Shown: piece after piece, positions 35,423 to 46,455 of the stretch | How the letters are laid out: each line of letters starts with the position of its first letter | How positions within the stretch are numbered: the stretch's first letter is position 1 | Notes under the pieces: model-generated | Database searches by the model: none | What the model was told of the DNA's origin: nothing | Seen by the model: the letters and a program-made list of their open reading frames with translations, nothing else | Source of the DNA: Bacteroidaceae bacterium | GTDB taxonomy: Bacteria > Bacteroidota > Bacteroidia > Bacteroidales > Bacteroidaceae | Direction of reading: 5' to 3' | Assembly (NCBI GenBank): GCA_017642425.1 | Contig: JAGCPB010000058.1 | Coordinates: 59,106-123,105 of the forward strand | Length of the DNA: 64,000 nucleotides | Made by a program: the position numbers and the translations under genes

Positions 35423-36796
35423 TTATTGTTTGCCCCAACCGGGGTATCTGAAATCGCAATCGTTCCAGCCTTCGCTTATACGGACATATGTGGTACGCTG
35501 TTTGTCACGGATCCATTTCTCAAGAGCCTCCTGCCTGCGTATTCCGCTTACCAACTCATAAAGTCTCTCGTAATCATCGGCCATGTTAGCCTTATGTCCG
35601 TTTATCCTGTTTTTCAACTTTACCACAGCACATACCACCTTACCATTCTGCAGTTGCATGGTAAAGGGATCCGATATCTCACCAACATGCATACCGTCAA
35701 TTACCTTGGCAATATCCTGAGGCAACTGCTGCATCTCAAACTTGGATATGGCCACCTGTTCGCCATCCGGAGTGTGTGACATCAGTCCGTTGTTGTTACG
35801 GGTATCCTTGTCCTGAGAGTATGCGGCCACACAGAATTCAAATGTGTGGGTACCTTTGCGTATCTCCTGGGCGATAGTGTCAAGCCTGCCAAGACAGCTT
35901 TTCACGCTCTCATTAGGAATACGGGGCTTACGCAGTATATGGCGCACACGGACCCTGTCCCCCAGACGTTCCACGAACTGGATGATATGATAACCGTATT
36001 CAGTCTCCACAATCTTTGATATCCTGTTAGGATCTGTCATATTGAACGCCACTGTCGAGAATTCCGGCACCATCTCACCACGCCCAAAGAAACCCAGGTC
36101 ACCTCCCTTACGGGCAGAACCCGGATCCTCCGAGTAGAGGATAGCCAATGTAGAGAAGGTTACCTCTCCGGACTGGACACGGTCAATATAATCCCTGAGT
36201 TCAGACTTGACGGCATCTATCTCCTCCTGCGGGATCACAGGTTCCTGGGTGATGATCTGCACCTCAACCTGAGTGGCAATGTTGGGAATCTCATCGGCAG
36301 GGATATCCTTAAGATAACGCCTTACCTCGGCAGGGGTTACCTTGACACGTGACATGATCTTGTCACGCACCTTGCTTATCACATACTCCTGACGGCTTGT
36401 CTCATACAGGCGGTTCTTTATCTGGTTGGCGGTCATGCCGTCAAAATACTCCTCCAGTTTCTCTTCGGACCCGGCCTGGTTCACATAATCCTTATATCTG
36501 GCTTCTACATAAGCCGATACGTCATCATCCGTTGCGTATATACTGTCAAGCTCGGCCTGATTAAGGAACAGTTTGTTCACGGCCAGCTGCTCAGGGATGA
36601 CGCAATAGGGATCACCATCCCACTGGATACCGTTCCTCAGGGCATCGCGGCGGGTCTCCTCAACTTCCGATTTATATATAGCCTCATCGCCTACAACCCA
36701 TACCACCTCATCAATCACGTTGTTCTGAGCCGTGCATATTCCGCACTGCACCAAAACAGTCACAAAAGCACCCCACAGATATAGTTTCTTTCTCAT
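35423..36796 (-). CDS. SurA-like peptidylprolyl isomerase (parvulin domain)
   Basis: 457 aa with a signal peptide. Parvulin motif GGDLGFFGRGEMVPEF...YGYHIIQ. Confidence 0.8.
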   Translation of the reverse strand: MRKKLYLWGAFVTVLVQCGICTAQNNVIDEVVWVVGDEAIYKSEVEETRRDALRNGIQWDGDPYCVIPEQLAVNKLFLNQAELDSIYATDDDVSAYVEARYKDYVNQAGSEEKLEEYFDGMTANQIKNRLYETSRQEYVISKVRDKIMSRVKVTPAEVRRYLKDIPADEIPNIATQVEVQIITQEPVIPQEEIDAVKSELRDYIDRVQSGEVTFSTLAILYSEDPGSARKGGDLGFFGRGEMVPEFSTVAFNMTDPNRISKIVETEYGYHIIQFVERLGDRVRVRHILRKPRIPNESVKSCLGRLDTIAQEIRKGTHTFEFCVAAYSQDKDTRNNNGLMSHTPDGEQVAISKFEMQQLPQDIAKVIDGMHVGEISDPFTMQLQNGKVVCAVVKLKNRINGHKANMADDYERLYELVSGIRRQEALEKWIRDKQRTTYVRISEGWNDCDFRYPGWGKQ

Positions 36797-37692
36797 TCGG
36801 TTTTCTTTTGATAAAATGTTATCCTTCCCTTTTCCAATGCAGCATCATAAAGGTCCTCCTTGATATTCCTCATATAGGCCACCTCATTGTTGTTCAAAAG
36901 AAGTCCACGGATTCTGCCTCTTGCATGATCCAACGGTTCAATGCCGCCCTTGGGGGCATATTGGCTCACATTCAGAAGGTAGATATACTCCTCATCCTTG
37001 AATTCAAAACTGCTGTTATCCTCAAGCTGGCTCTCCAAGGGATCGTCAAGCGGGGGGAGCAGCACCTCCAGTTCGGCCACACTACGCCAATTGTCATAGA
37101 AGAACTCACAACGTCCGGCATTGCGAATGCTGTATTTCTCTATCTCCTCAAAAGATTCATCATCCAGAAGAGTATATAATTTTCTGATTTCGGACAAATC
37201 ATGGGACTTGACCGGAATCTTCAGGTACAGACCTTTAAGGAGAGACTCATCCAACACAAAAAGCCTCTGGTTGTCATTGAAGAACTGCTCTATCTCCTCT
37301 TCGGTAATCTCGGATGAGAACTTCTGTTCTATCAGTCTGCGCTGATACTCGTGTTCTATCAGAGACCTGCGATAGTTCTCCACCAGGCGGTCAATATCCT
37401 TGGTGTCAGGAATATTACGTATGGCATTCTGATAGAACAGCACATCCTGAGCCCAGTTCCTTATGTAACGTTCCGCAAAGAGTGTACTGTCAGCATCCGA
37501 CAAGCCCAAAGGGAGAACCTGCTTAAGGTCCTCCATATACAGCACATCAGTGCCTATCTCCACGATAGGAGTCTTTCCGTAGACATACTCAGTCACGCTG
37601 CCATGCCATTTGCAGGATACGAGCAATGATACCGATACCAACGCCAGCAAAACGCCGGATATGTTCCTAAGTGACTGAGATAACCCTTTCAT
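36793..37692 (-). CDS. Lipoprotein, SurA N-domain-like chaperone candidate (no rotamase motif seen)
   Basis: 299 aa with lipobox LLVSC. Overlaps both neighbouring parvulin genes (4 nt and 1 nt). Confidence 0.5.
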   Translation of the reverse strand: MKGLSQSLRNISGVLLALVSVSLLVSCKWHGSVTEYVYGKTPIVEIGTDVLYMEDLKQVLPLGLSDADSTLFAERYIRNWAQDVLFYQNAIRNIPDTKDIDRLVENYRRSLIEHEYQRRLIEQKFSSEITEEEIEQFFNDNQRLFVLDESLLKGLYLKIPVKSHDLSEIRKLYTLLDDESFEEIEKYSIRNAGRCEFFYDNWRSVAELEVLLPPLDDPLESQLEDNSSFEFKDEEYIYLLNVSQYAPKGGIEPLDHARGRIRGLLLNNNEVAYMRNIKEDLYDAALEKGRITFYQKKTE

Positions 37693-39116
37693 TAGTCCAG
37701 ACTTACCTTCTTTAGAGCTTTCCTGTTGATTTTATAATCATACTTTTTGCGCAGCTCCGTGATCCATTCTTTCTCAAGATAGTCCTGATACTCCTCGGTC
37801 ACCTGGTCTGCTACATCACGGAATGAATCGGGCTGTTTGATGACACGTCCTATCACGTTCACATACGGAAAGTTATCCATGGCGGTATACTCTCCCTTGC
37901 CAAACACTATCTTGTCCACGTATGCATTCTGTCCCTGCATAAAGAGACCTGTCTCTGACGAGCCTTTCATGACACGCACCTTGATGCCGTTTCTGTTGTA
38001 TTCCACAATCCTGTCTATCCACTCCTCCATGTCCACACCATCCAGCATGGTCTTTACCTCATCATAGACGCCCTCATTCTGGCAGAACAGTACAATGCCC
38101 TTGAAACATGGCTCCTTAAACCTGAACTGCTTTGCATGGGAATCATAATAGGCCTCAACCTCATCGGGATTGGATGATATCCTCTCCCATATCTTTCTGT
38201 TGCTTATATCAAACAGGAGCAGGCCGTCATGATACTCGCGGGATATGTTCCCGAAATCAGGTTCCACTATCTCCAGTACACTGTCCAGGTGCGCTACCGC
38301 CTCATCATCACTGATAGTCCAGCCCAGATTTGTAGCATATTCATTCGCCCTGCGACGCTTAGCTTCAGCCAATGCACCGGACTCCATAATCACCCTGTAG
38401 ATATCCTCCCTGTTCTCCGCAAAGGTTCCCAGTTGACGATGTGCATCCACCATGACAATGAATACTATTCCGTCCGAAATGAACGGATCGCTGTACTGGC
38501 CATCCTCCAGGTTAAACACTATATCGGCCACTTCATCTGGGAGCTGGGACCTGGATACCCAACCGGCCAGACCGCCTGATTCTGCAAGACCGTCGTCAGA
38601 ATACTTTTGGGCAAGAAGCTGGAAAGGATTACCTTCCTCAAGCATTCCGTAAACCGAAGACATGAGATCAACACTCTTTGCCAAAGCCTGCGGGGTATCA
38701 TCATCCGGCGCGGATGAGATTATATACAGATGCACAAGACCGTCAGGTCCTATCTCCTCGATTGACTGTTCATAAGTCCTGCGTACTACTTCATCAATAA
38801 AATCCTTGTCTATCAGATAATCCTCTGCCTGCAGGTCCCTGTACATCTTGTACTCGCTCAGGAAAGACTCTGATTTGTCCATGCTCTCATCGATTGCGGC
38901 CTGGACCTTGAGCTTGAAATTAAGGTAAAGGTCAGCATACTCTTTTACCGTCTTCCTGGTCACCTTAGTCTCTGTATTGTTCTTTCTGAAAAAATACTCG
39001 AACTCAGATTTGCTGACATCATATCCGTTTACGGTCATGACCACAGGATTATCAGTCTGGGCGTATAAAGATACGGACAGGCATAACGGTAAAAGACAGG
39101 AAAGGATACGTCTCAT
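37692..39116 (-). CDS. Peptidylprolyl isomerase (PpiD/SurA-like, parvulin domain)
   Basis: 474 aa with a signal peptide. Parvulin-like segment GGLAGWVSRSQLPDEVADIVFNL...GIVFIVMV. Confidence 0.75.
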   Translation of the reverse strand: MRRILSCLLPLCLSVSLYAQTDNPVVMTVNGYDVSKSEFEYFFRKNNTETKVTRKTVKEYADLYLNFKLKVQAAIDESMDKSESFLSEYKMYRDLQAEDYLIDKDFIDEVVRRTYEQSIEEIGPDGLVHLYIISSAPDDDTPQALAKSVDLMSSVYGMLEEGNPFQLLAQKYSDDGLAESGGLAGWVSRSQLPDEVADIVFNLEDGQYSDPFISDGIVFIVMVDAHRQLGTFAENREDIYRVIMESGALAEAKRRRANEYATNLGWTISDDEAVAHLDSVLEIVEPDFGNISREYHDGLLLFDISNRKIWERISSNPDEVEAYYDSHAKQFRFKEPCFKGIVLFCQNEGVYDEVKTMLDGVDMEEWIDRIVEYNRNGIKVRVMKGSSETGLFMQGQNAYVDKIVFGKGEYTAMDNFPYVNVIGRVIKQPDSFRDVADQVTEEYQDYLEKEWITELRKKYDYKINRKALKKVSLD

Positions 39117-39127
39117 AGATTCTTCTG

Positions 39128-40603
39128 TTATTCGTGACGACTGTAGTTGGGAGCCTCGCTTGTAATGGCTACATCATGCGGATGGCTCTCGTTCATACCG
39201 GCATTAGTTATACGTACGAACTTGGCTTCATGCAGTTTCTCTATATTGGGAGCACCGCAGTAGCCCATACCTGAACGCAGACCTCCTGCAAGCTGATAAA
39301 CAACCTCGTAGAGGGTTCCCTTGTATGGAACTCGTGCTGCAATACCCTCCGGTACCAGTTTGCGGGTATCCTTGGTGTCGGCCTGGAAATAACGGTCCTT
39401 GGAGCCGTTCTCCATAGCCTCAAGAGATCCCATGCCACGGTATGACTTGAACTTACGTCCGTTAAAGATGATGGTCTCACCGGGAGACTCCTCGGTACCG
39501 GCCACAAGTGAACCGAACATGACGCTGTCACCACCTGCAGCAAGAGCCTTGACCACATCGCCCGAGTAGCGCAGACCGCCGTCAGCAATGATAGGAACAC
39601 CTGAGCCCTTGATTGCGGAGTAAACATCATATACGGCCGATACCTGAGGTACGCCTATACCGGCAATGATACGTGTAGTGCATATGGATCCGGGACCCAT
39701 GCCAACCTTCACGGCATCTGCACCGGCCTCTACAAGAGCTTTTGCGGCTGCACCGGTTGCAATATTACCGACCACGATATCTATGTTGCTGAAACTGGCC
39801 TTTGCCTCCTTGAGCTTGGCAATCACGCTCTTGGTATGGCCATGGGCGGTATCAATCACGATTGCATCGGCTCCGGCCTCCACAAGGGCTGCCATACGGT
39901 CCAGGGTATCGGCTGTTACGCCCACGCCTGCAGCCACGCGCAGACGGCCCTTGCTGTCCTTGCATGCCATAGGTTTGTCCTTAGCTTTGGTGATGTCCTT
40001 ATAGGTGATAAGACCTACCAGTTTGCCGTTGTTGTCCACTACCGGCAGCTTCTCTATCTTGTTCTCCTGCAGTATCTGTGAAGCGGCCTCCATGTCAATC
40101 TGCTGGTGTGTGGTAACCAGATTCTCCTTAGTCATGACATCCTCAATCTTGACGTCATAGTTACGCTGGAACCTCAGGTCACGGTTCGTGACTATACCGC
40201 ACAGCTTGCCGTCCTCCTCAACCACGGGAATACCGCCTATATGGTACTCTGCCATGAGAGCCAGGGCATCTCTGATGGTATTTGAGCGGAGAATGGTGAC
40301 AGGGTCATATATCATTCCGTTTTCGGCTCGCTTTACTATGGCAACCTGACGCGCCTGCTCGGCTATTGACATATTCTTGTGAATTACGCCGATACCGCCT
40401 TCACGTGCAATGGCAATGGCCATGCGTGATTCGGTTACCGTATCCATAGCTGCGGTCACAAACGGGATGTTAAGGCTTATATTGCGTGAGAACCTTGATG
40501 TAAGATTGATGTCACGCGGCAGGACCTCTGAATAAGCGGGAATGAGCAGGACATCATCAAATGTCAGTCCCTCCATTGCTACTCTATCTTCTAAAAATGA
40601 CAT
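39128..40603 (-). CDS. guaB: IMP dehydrogenase
   Basis: 491 aa from ATG at 40603 ([27 protein letters not shown]). Has a CBS pair and the catalytic GPGSICTTR motif. The track ORF is extended 5' into the recQ 3' end. Confidence 0.96.
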   Translation of the reverse strand: MSFLEDRVAMEGLTFDDVLLIPAYSEVLPRDINLTSRFSRNISLNIPFVTAAMDTVTESRMAIAIAREGGIGVIHKNMSIAEQARQVAIVKRAENGMIYDPVTILRSNTIRDALALMAEYHIGGIPVVEEDGKLCGIVTNRDLRFQRNYDVKIEDVMTKENLVTTHQQIDMEAASQILQENKIEKLPVVDNNGKLVGLITYKDITKAKDKPMACKDSKGRLRVAAGVGVTADTLDRMAALVEAGADAIVIDTAHGHTKSVIAKLKEAKASFSNIDIVVGNIATGAAAKALVEAGADAVKVGMGPGSICTTRIIAGIGVPQVSAVYDVYSAIKGSGVPIIADGGLRYSGDVVKALAAGGDSVMFGSLVAGTEESPGETIIFNGRKFKSYRGMGSLEAMENGSKDRYFQADTKDTRKLVPEGIAARVPYKGTLYEVVYQLAGGLRSGMGYCGAPNIEKLHEAKFVRITNAGMNESHPHDVAITSEAPNYSRHE

Positions 40604-40619
40604 AATATTGTGTTGTTTG

Positions 40620-42800
40620 TTAATTACCCATCTCTGAAATGAACTTGATGCGGACCAGACGTATCTCCTCCTCACTGTAATCATCACCCAACTCGTCAAT
40701 GGCATCATCTATGGAATCACTTACCGACTCACGGAAATATTCATAGATATCCTCGGCACGGTCCTCATCCATGACACTGTCAATAAAGTAGTCAATATCC
40801 AGTTTTGTACCTGAATTGACTATAGCCTCTATCTCTGTAAGAAGTTCATCAAAATCAATGCCCTTGCTTATGGCGATATCATCCAGCGCCACCTTCATGT
40901 CAATGCTCTGGATGATGCTCACCTTGAGTTTTGACTTGTTGGCCACGGTGCGTACACGCAGATCCTCGGGGCGCTCAATCTCATTCTCCTCTACATGGCG
41001 CTTTATCAGGTCAATGAACTCCTGACCGTAACGCTTTGCCTTGCCTGCACCTACGCCCGGAATGTTCTGGAGTTCCTCTATGGTAACCGGATATGTGGTT
41101 GCCATTGCCTCCAATGAAGGATCCTGGAATATCACATACGGCGGCAACTGCAGATGCTTGGAGAGTTTCTTGCGAAGGTCCTTGAGCATTGAGTACAGCT
41201 CAGGGTCAACCGCAAACGAACCGCCTCCGCGCATCGGGCCCTCGGTCTCGTCATCATCAAACTCCTTGTCCTCAACAATCTTGAATGACTTGGGATTCTT
41301 CATGAAATCACGGCCGTCCTCTGTTATCTTGAGCAGGCCATAGTTCTCTACATCCTTGCGGATATAGCCGGCTATCAGGGCCTGACGGATGACTGCGTTC
41401 CATGTCTTCTCCTCCTCATCAGAGCCGGCGCCGAACACCTCAAGGTCATCATGCATGTGGTCCGTAATCTCGGATGTCTCCTTACCCAAAAGCATGTCTA
41501 TGATGTAGTCTGCCTTGAAGTTCTCCTTTACGGCAGCTATGCACTCAAGTACTGTCTCAAGCAGCTGCTGTGCCTCAACCTGCTTTTTGGGATTAAGGCA
41601 ATTGTCACAGTTACCGCAGTTATCCTCTTCATAGTTCTCACCAAAGTAGTGGAGCAGCAGTTTGCGGCGGCATACCGATGACTCGCAGTATGCAGTGGTC
41701 TCAGCCAGCAGCTGGCGGCCTATATCCTGCTCTGCCAGAGGCTTGCCCTCAAGGAATTTTTCCAGTTTCTGGACATCCTTGCTGTTGTAGAAGGCTATGC
41801 ACTGGCCCTCGCCGCCGTCACGGCCGGCACGTCCGGTCTCCTGATAGTAGCCCTCCAGACTCTTTGGTATGTCATAATGGATCACATAGCGCACATCGGG
41901 CTTGTCAATACCCATGCCGAAAGCTATGGTTGCCACAATCACGTCAATCTTCTCCATGATGAAGGCATCCTGGGTCTTGCTGCGGGCGGCAGCCTCCATA
42001 CCGGCATGATATGCCATGGCCGATATGTCATTGGCCTGCAGGATCTCGGCCAGTTCCTCTACCTTCTTGCGTGACAGGCAGTATATGATACCTGACTTGC
42101 CCGGATTGGACTTGATGAACTTGATTATATCCTTGTCAACGTTCTTGGTCTTGGGCCTTACCTCATAGTACAGGTTGGGACGGTTGAATGATGACTTGAA
42201 ATCCTTGGCATCCTGGATTCCCAGGTTCTTCTTGATATCGTCACGAACCTTGTTGGTGGCGGTAGCTGTCAGGGCAATGATGGGAGCCAGACCAATCTCC
42301 TTTACTATCTCCCTTATCTTGCGGTACTCAGGGCGGAAATCATGTCCCCACTCCGATATGCAGTGAGCTTCATCTATTGCGTAGAACGATATCTTTATCT
42401 TCTTGAGGAAATCCACGTTCTCTTCTTTGGTAAGTGACTCCGGAGCCACATACAGAAGTTTGGTCTTGCCGTCAAGGATGTCGGCCTTGACCAGGTCTAT
42501 CGATGTCTTGTTGAGTGACGAATTGATAAAATGGGCTATGCCGTCCTCCTCACCCAGGTTGCGCATGGCGTCAACCTGATTCTTCATGAGAGCTATAAGC
42601 GGTGATATGACTATTGCTGTACCTTCCATAACCAGGGCCGGAAGCTGATAGCATAGTGACTTGCCGCCTCCTGTAGGCATCAGCACAAAAGTGTCTTTGC
42701 CGGCCAACAGATTGCGTATTATAGCCTCCTGGTCTCCCTTGAAAGTGTCAAATCCGAAATGTACTTTCAGGATTTCCTGCAGATTTACATCTTTTGCCAT
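40620..42800 (-). CDS. recQ: ATP-dependent DNA helicase RecQ
   Basis: 726 aa. Motifs TGGGKSLCYQLPA and DEAHCISEWGHDFRPEY, a Zn-binding CxxC cluster, and a C-terminal HRDC plus extra domain. Confidence 0.95.
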   Translation of the reverse strand: MAKDVNLQEILKVHFGFDTFKGDQEAIIRNLLAGKDTFVLMPTGGGKSLCYQLPALVMEGTAIVISPLIALMKNQVDAMRNLGEEDGIAHFINSSLNKTSIDLVKADILDGKTKLLYVAPESLTKEENVDFLKKIKISFYAIDEAHCISEWGHDFRPEYRKIREIVKEIGLAPIIALTATATNKVRDDIKKNLGIQDAKDFKSSFNRPNLYYEVRPKTKNVDKDIIKFIKSNPGKSGIIYCLSRKKVEELAEILQANDISAMAYHAGMEAAARSKTQDAFIMEKIDVIVATIAFGMGIDKPDVRYVIHYDIPKSLEGYYQETGRAGRDGGEGQCIAFYNSKDVQKLEKFLEGKPLAEQDIGRQLLAETTAYCESSVCRRKLLLHYFGENYEEDNCGNCDNCLNPKKQVEAQQLLETVLECIAAVKENFKADYIIDMLLGKETSEITDHMHDDLEVFGAGSDEEEKTWNAVIRQALIAGYIRKDVENYGLLKITEDGRDFMKNPKSFKIVEDKEFDDDETEGPMRGGGSFAVDPELYSMLKDLRKKLSKHLQLPPYVIFQDPSLEAMATTYPVTIEELQNIPGVGAGKAKRYGQEFIDLIKRHVEENEIERPEDLRVRTVANKSKLKVSIIQSIDMKVALDDIAISKGIDFDELLTEIEAIVNSGTKLDIDYFIDSVMDEDRAEDIYEYFRESVSDSIDDAIDELGDDYSEEEIRLVRIKFISEMGN

Positions 42801-42931
42801 ATATACTTTAAAAAAGAATACTGTCTATCCTTAAGGATAGAAAACAAAGTTAAGTACAAGTATTTTATACTTGCAAACTTTTTGACGAAAAAAAATGCAA
42901 ATAATACTATGAAGTATTACACTACGCCGTG

Positions 42932-44161
42932 TCAGGCGTTCTCAAACACCGTTCCGTCGGCCTTGTCCAACTGTTTCCTGGCGTAATCCAGTGTCACGGA
43001 ATAACTCTTTTTGCCCGATGACGGTATCTCATACATGGCATCAATCATGATGGTCTCAACGATTGACCTCAATCCGCGGGCGCCCAGTTTGAACTCTATG
43101 GCCTTGTCCACAATGAAATCCAGGACCTCGGGCTGGAATGTCAGGTCCACACCGTCCAGCTTGAATAACTTGACGTACTGCCTGACTATTGAATTCTTGG
43201 GTTCCGTAAGGATGTTTCGCAATGCTTCACGGTCCAGCGGCTGAAGGCTTGTAACCACCGGCAGACGGCCTATTATCTCGGGTATCAGGCCATATGACTT
43301 AAGATCCTGCGGGGCCACGTATTTCATCAGGTTGTTCAGGTCAACCTTGCTGCGCTGCTCTACCGAATCAAATCCTACCACCTGGGTGTTGAGACGGTTG
43401 GCAATCTTACGCTCAATGCCGTCAAAAGCGCCGCCGCAGATGAACAGGATGTCTTTGGTGTTTACCTGTATGAATTTCTGCTCGGGGTGCTTGCGCCCGC
43501 CCTGGGGCGGCACGTTGACTACCGTACCTTCCAGCAGTTTGAGCAGGCCCTGCTGCACACCTTCACCGCTCACGTCACGTGTTATTGATGGATTGTCGCT
43601 CTTGCGGGCTATCTTGTCAATCTCATCAATGAACACTATGCCACACTCGGCGGCAGCCACATCATAGTCAGCCACCTGGAGCAGACGTGACAGGATACTC
43701 TCAACATCCTCGCCCACATAACCGGCCTCGGTCAGCACGGTTGCGTCAACTATAGTGAAAGGAACCTTGAGCAGACGTGCTATGGTCTTGGCAAGCAGAG
43801 TCTTGCCTGTACCTGTAGCACCCACCAGGATGATATTGCTCTTCTCAATGTCAATGTCATCGGTTTCAGGCTGGGTTATGCGTTTGTAGTGGTTGTAGAC
43901 GGCAACAGAAAGGTAGCGCTTGGCGGCATCCTGGCCTATCACATAGTCATCAAGGAACTTCTTGATCTCCTTGGGCTTGGGAACGGATTTCATGGTGAAT
44001 GACGGGCGGTCGCCGCTTTGCTTGGCATCCCGTACTATCTCACCTGCGCGCTCCACGCACTCATTGCAGATACAGCCGTCTATACCTGTAATGAGAAAAC
44101 CCACCTCCTTGTCACTACGACCACAGAAGCTGCAGCATCTTCCTTTCTTTATTCCTGCCAT
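42932..44161 (-). CDS. clpX: ATP-dependent Clp protease ATP-binding subunit ClpX
   Basis: I start at ATG 44161 ([16 protein letters not shown]...). Zinc finger CSFCG...CICNEC and Walker A GATGTGKT. Confidence 0.95.
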   Translation of the reverse strand: MAGIKKGRCCSFCGRSDKEVGFLITGIDGCICNECVERAGEIVRDAKQSGDRPSFTMKSVPKPKEIKKFLDDYVIGQDAAKRYLSVAVYNHYKRITQPETDDIDIEKSNIILVGATGTGKTLLAKTIARLLKVPFTIVDATVLTEAGYVGEDVESILSRLLQVADYDVAAAECGIVFIDEIDKIARKSDNPSITRDVSGEGVQQGLLKLLEGTVVNVPPQGGRKHPEQKFIQVNTKDILFICGGAFDGIERKIANRLNTQVVGFDSVEQRSKVDLNNLMKYVAPQDLKSYGLIPEIIGRLPVVTSLQPLDREALRNILTEPKNSIVRQYVKLFKLDGVDLTFQPEVLDFIVDKAIEFKLGARGLRSIVETIMIDAMYEIPSSGKKSYSVTLDYARKQLDKADGTVFENA

Positions 44162-44168
44162 GCGGTAG

Positions 44169-44840
44169 TTACTTGCGTCTTTCCAGAACCTGGTCAATCA
44201 TTCCGTACTCCTTGGCCTCCTGGGCGGACATCCAGTAGTCACGGTCACTGTCAGCCCACACCTTGTCAAACGGAGTATGGGAATGATCGGAAATGATTGT
44301 GTAAAGTTCTTTCTTCATCTTCTGGATCTCGCGCGCGGTGATCTCAATGTCGCTTGCCTGTCCCTGGACACCACCTAAAGGCTGGTGTATCATGACACGG
44401 CTGTGAGGCAGAGCAGAGCGCTTACCCTCCTGGCCGGCCACCAGCAGAACTGCCGCCATGCTGGCTGCCATACCGGTGCAAATGGTTGCCACGGGACTTG
44501 ATATGAACTGCATTGTATCATAAATTCCAAGTCCTGCAGTTACGCTTCCGCCGGGCGAGTTCAGATAGATGGAAATCTCTTTCGATGAATCCACAGAGTC
44601 CAGATAAAGCAACTGGGCCTGGATGGTATTGGCCGTATAGTCACTGATCTCCGTACCCAGGAATATGATGCGGTCCATCATGAGACGTGAGAACACATCC
44701 ATCTGGGTCACGTTCAGCTGACGCTCCTCAAGGATATACGGGTTCAGGTACTGGGACTCTGCCTTGATCACATCATCCAATGTCTGGCTGTTCATTCCAA
44801 GATGGCGGACAGCGTATTTACGGAAATCATCCATTACCAT
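44169..44840 (-). CDS. clpP: ATP-dependent Clp protease proteolytic subunit
   Basis: 223 aa. [18 protein letters not shown], the catalytic Ser context [11 protein letters not shown], and HQPLGG. Confidence 0.95.
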   Translation of the reverse strand: MVMDDFRKYAVRHLGMNSQTLDDVIKAESQYLNPYILEERQLNVTQMDVFSRLMMDRIIFLGTEISDYTANTIQAQLLYLDSVDSSKEISIYLNSPGGSVTAGLGIYDTMQFISSPVATICTGMAASMAAVLLVAGQEGKRSALPHSRVMIHQPLGGVQGQASDIEITAREIQKMKKELYTIISDHSHTPFDKVWADSDRDYWMSAQEAKEYGMIDQVLERRK

Positions 44841-44862
44841 TCGTTTTATTTGTTAGACTCTG

Positions 44863-44870
44863 CAAATATA
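44863..44870 (-). promoter_or_regulatory. -7 promoter box (TATATTTG) upstream of clpP
   Basis: TAnnTTTG match 22 nt upstream of the clpP ATG. Confidence 0.4.
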
Positions 44871-44875
44871 TACTC

Positions 44876-46258
44876 TTATTTCTTGGTTTTCTTTCCTTTT
44901 GCAGTATCAGCAGACTCAAAAAGCTTGTTGAACTCATCAACGGTAACCTTCTTGGTCTTGAGCTTCACCTCCTTCTTGACGGCGGCGGTAAGCTTGGATT
45001 CGATGGCGCGGTTTACAAGACCGTCCACAGTCTCACGCTTCTTGAGCATCTCCTTTGAGTAGTTGTCAAGCAGCTCATCAGGAATATTCATCATGCCGTA
45101 CTGTGCAAACTGGGCGCGGGTAGCCTCACGTGCCATAGCCTTGACATCGGCATCTTCAACCTTGATTCCGAATTTCTCTACCAGCTGCTCCTGGATAAGG
45201 TGCCATGTAAGTTCCTCAAGGCTGCGCTGGAATGTAGCCTCATCCTGCTCTGCATCGGGCTTGTTAGCCTTCATTATGCGCTTGAGCAGATCCTCGGCAT
45301 ACTCCTGCTTGCCAACCTTCTCCATCATGTAAGCGCGAACGTCAAGCAGGAACTTGTAGTCACTGTCAGGAACAAAGCTCTGAGCCAGAGACTCCTCAAC
45401 CTTGGCGCGGAAACCGGCCTCATCCTTGACAACGTCCTTGCCGAACACGCGGTCAAACACCTCCTGGTTCAGCTCACTCTCAACAAAACGGGTTATATCC
45501 TGGATTGTGAGTGAGAAATCGGCATCAATACCCTCAACCTCCTCTTTCTTCTTGTTGAGCAGTGAAGATATCTCTATTGCGTTGCCCTCATAAGCCTTGG
45601 CGGGATTGAAAACTATCACATCACCCTTCCTGGCCTTGCCAAAGAGCTTCTTCTGGTCAGCATCCTTTACATACTCAGGCATCAGGGTGGCGCCCTCAAC
45701 TACTATTCCACCCTCTTTTTCTGAACCGTCAATGTTCAGCTCTACAAGGCGGCCCTTGATGACATCGTTCTCCTGATAGCTGTCAACCTGCTCGTAATGA
45801 CCGTTCTGCTGTGTGTAAGCCTTGACCTGGCTGTTTACCATCTCATCGGTCACTTTTATCTCGTAATATGTGATGGTATCATCCTTGCCTATCTCAGCCT
45901 TGAACTCCGGAGCAAGGGCAATGTCAAAATAGAAGGTCTGGTTATCATCATCCAGACTCATTCCGGCCTCTTTCTCATCATTGGGCATCGGCTCGCCAAG
46001 CATGTTGATCTTGTTGTCCTTTATGTAGCTGAAAACCTTCTCCTGCAGAAGCTTGTTGATCTCATCGGCCTTGATTGACTTTCCGTACATCTTCTGTACA
46101 AGCCCCATGGGAACCATACCCGGACGGAAACCCGGCATCTGCACCTTCTTTCTGGCATCCTTAAGTGCCTTATCCACATTCTCCTGATAATCAGCTTTGT
46201 CCATGCTGACGGTAAGCAGGCCCTGTACCTTACTTACATTCTCAAACTTTACGTCCAT
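44876..46258 (-). CDS. tig: Trigger factor
   Basis: 460 aa with the ribosome-binding motif PGFRPGMVP near the N-terminus. Sits in the conserved tig-clpP-clpX order. Confidence 0.93.
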   Translation of the reverse strand: MDVKFENVSKVQGLLTVSMDKADYQENVDKALKDARKKVQMPGFRPGMVPMGLVQKMYGKSIKADEINKLLQEKVFSYIKDNKINMLGEPMPNDEKEAGMSLDDDNQTFYFDIALAPEFKAEIGKDDTITYYEIKVTDEMVNSQVKAYTQQNGHYEQVDSYQENDVIKGRLVELNIDGSEKEGGIVVEGATLMPEYVKDADQKKLFGKARKGDVIVFNPAKAYEGNAIEISSLLNKKKEEVEGIDADFSLTIQDITRFVESELNQEVFDRVFGKDVVKDEAGFRAKVEESLAQSFVPDSDYKFLLDVRAYMMEKVGKQEYAEDLLKRIMKANKPDAEQDEATFQRSLEELTWHLIQEQLVEKFGIKVEDADVKAMAREATRAQFAQYGMMNIPDELLDNYSKEMLKKRETVDGLVNRAIESKLTAAVKKEVKLKTKKVTVDEFNKLFESADTAKGKKTKK

Positions 46259-46304
46259 TCTGTACTTATGATTGTAGTATAACTCTTCTTTTTTAATTAG
46301 GGTG

Positions 46305-46312
46305 CAAAATTA
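46305..46312 (-). promoter_or_regulatory. -7 promoter box (TAATTTTG) for tig
   Basis: TAnnTTTG match 46 nt upstream of the tig ATG. Confidence 0.45.
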
Positions 46313-46404
46313 GTTTAATTACTTCAAATGGTGAAATAATTGAGAATTTTTAGCAGTCTGCTCCCAAACTCTCGCTAGCCGCAGAAAGGTTGGAAGGGCT
46401 CACT

Positions 46405-46455
46405 GGGGACGGTTCTTTTTGTGCCCTTGGCAAGGGCACAAAAAGAACCGTCCCC
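46405..46455. repeat. 51-nt perfect palindrome (25-bp arms) sharing the GGGGACGGTTC core with the element at 28264-28305
   Basis: ggggacggttctttttgtgcccttg-g-caagggcacaaaaagaaccgtcccc, with all 25 positions paired. Imperfect outer arms (aaggttgga/tccaacctt and agggct/agcgct) extend the structure to 46386-46475. Confidence 0.9.

Noticed and set aside
40604-40708. 35-codon extension of guaB overlapping the 3' end of recQ
   Set aside because: The canonical IMPDH N-terminus (MSFLEDRV...) begins at 40603, and the extension would overlap recQ coding sequence.
40620-42800. RecQ helicase as part of a defence system
   Set aside because: It is a full-length canonical RecQ with an HRDC domain in the conserved tig-clpP-clpX-recQ housekeeping arrangement, with no nuclease or effector partner.
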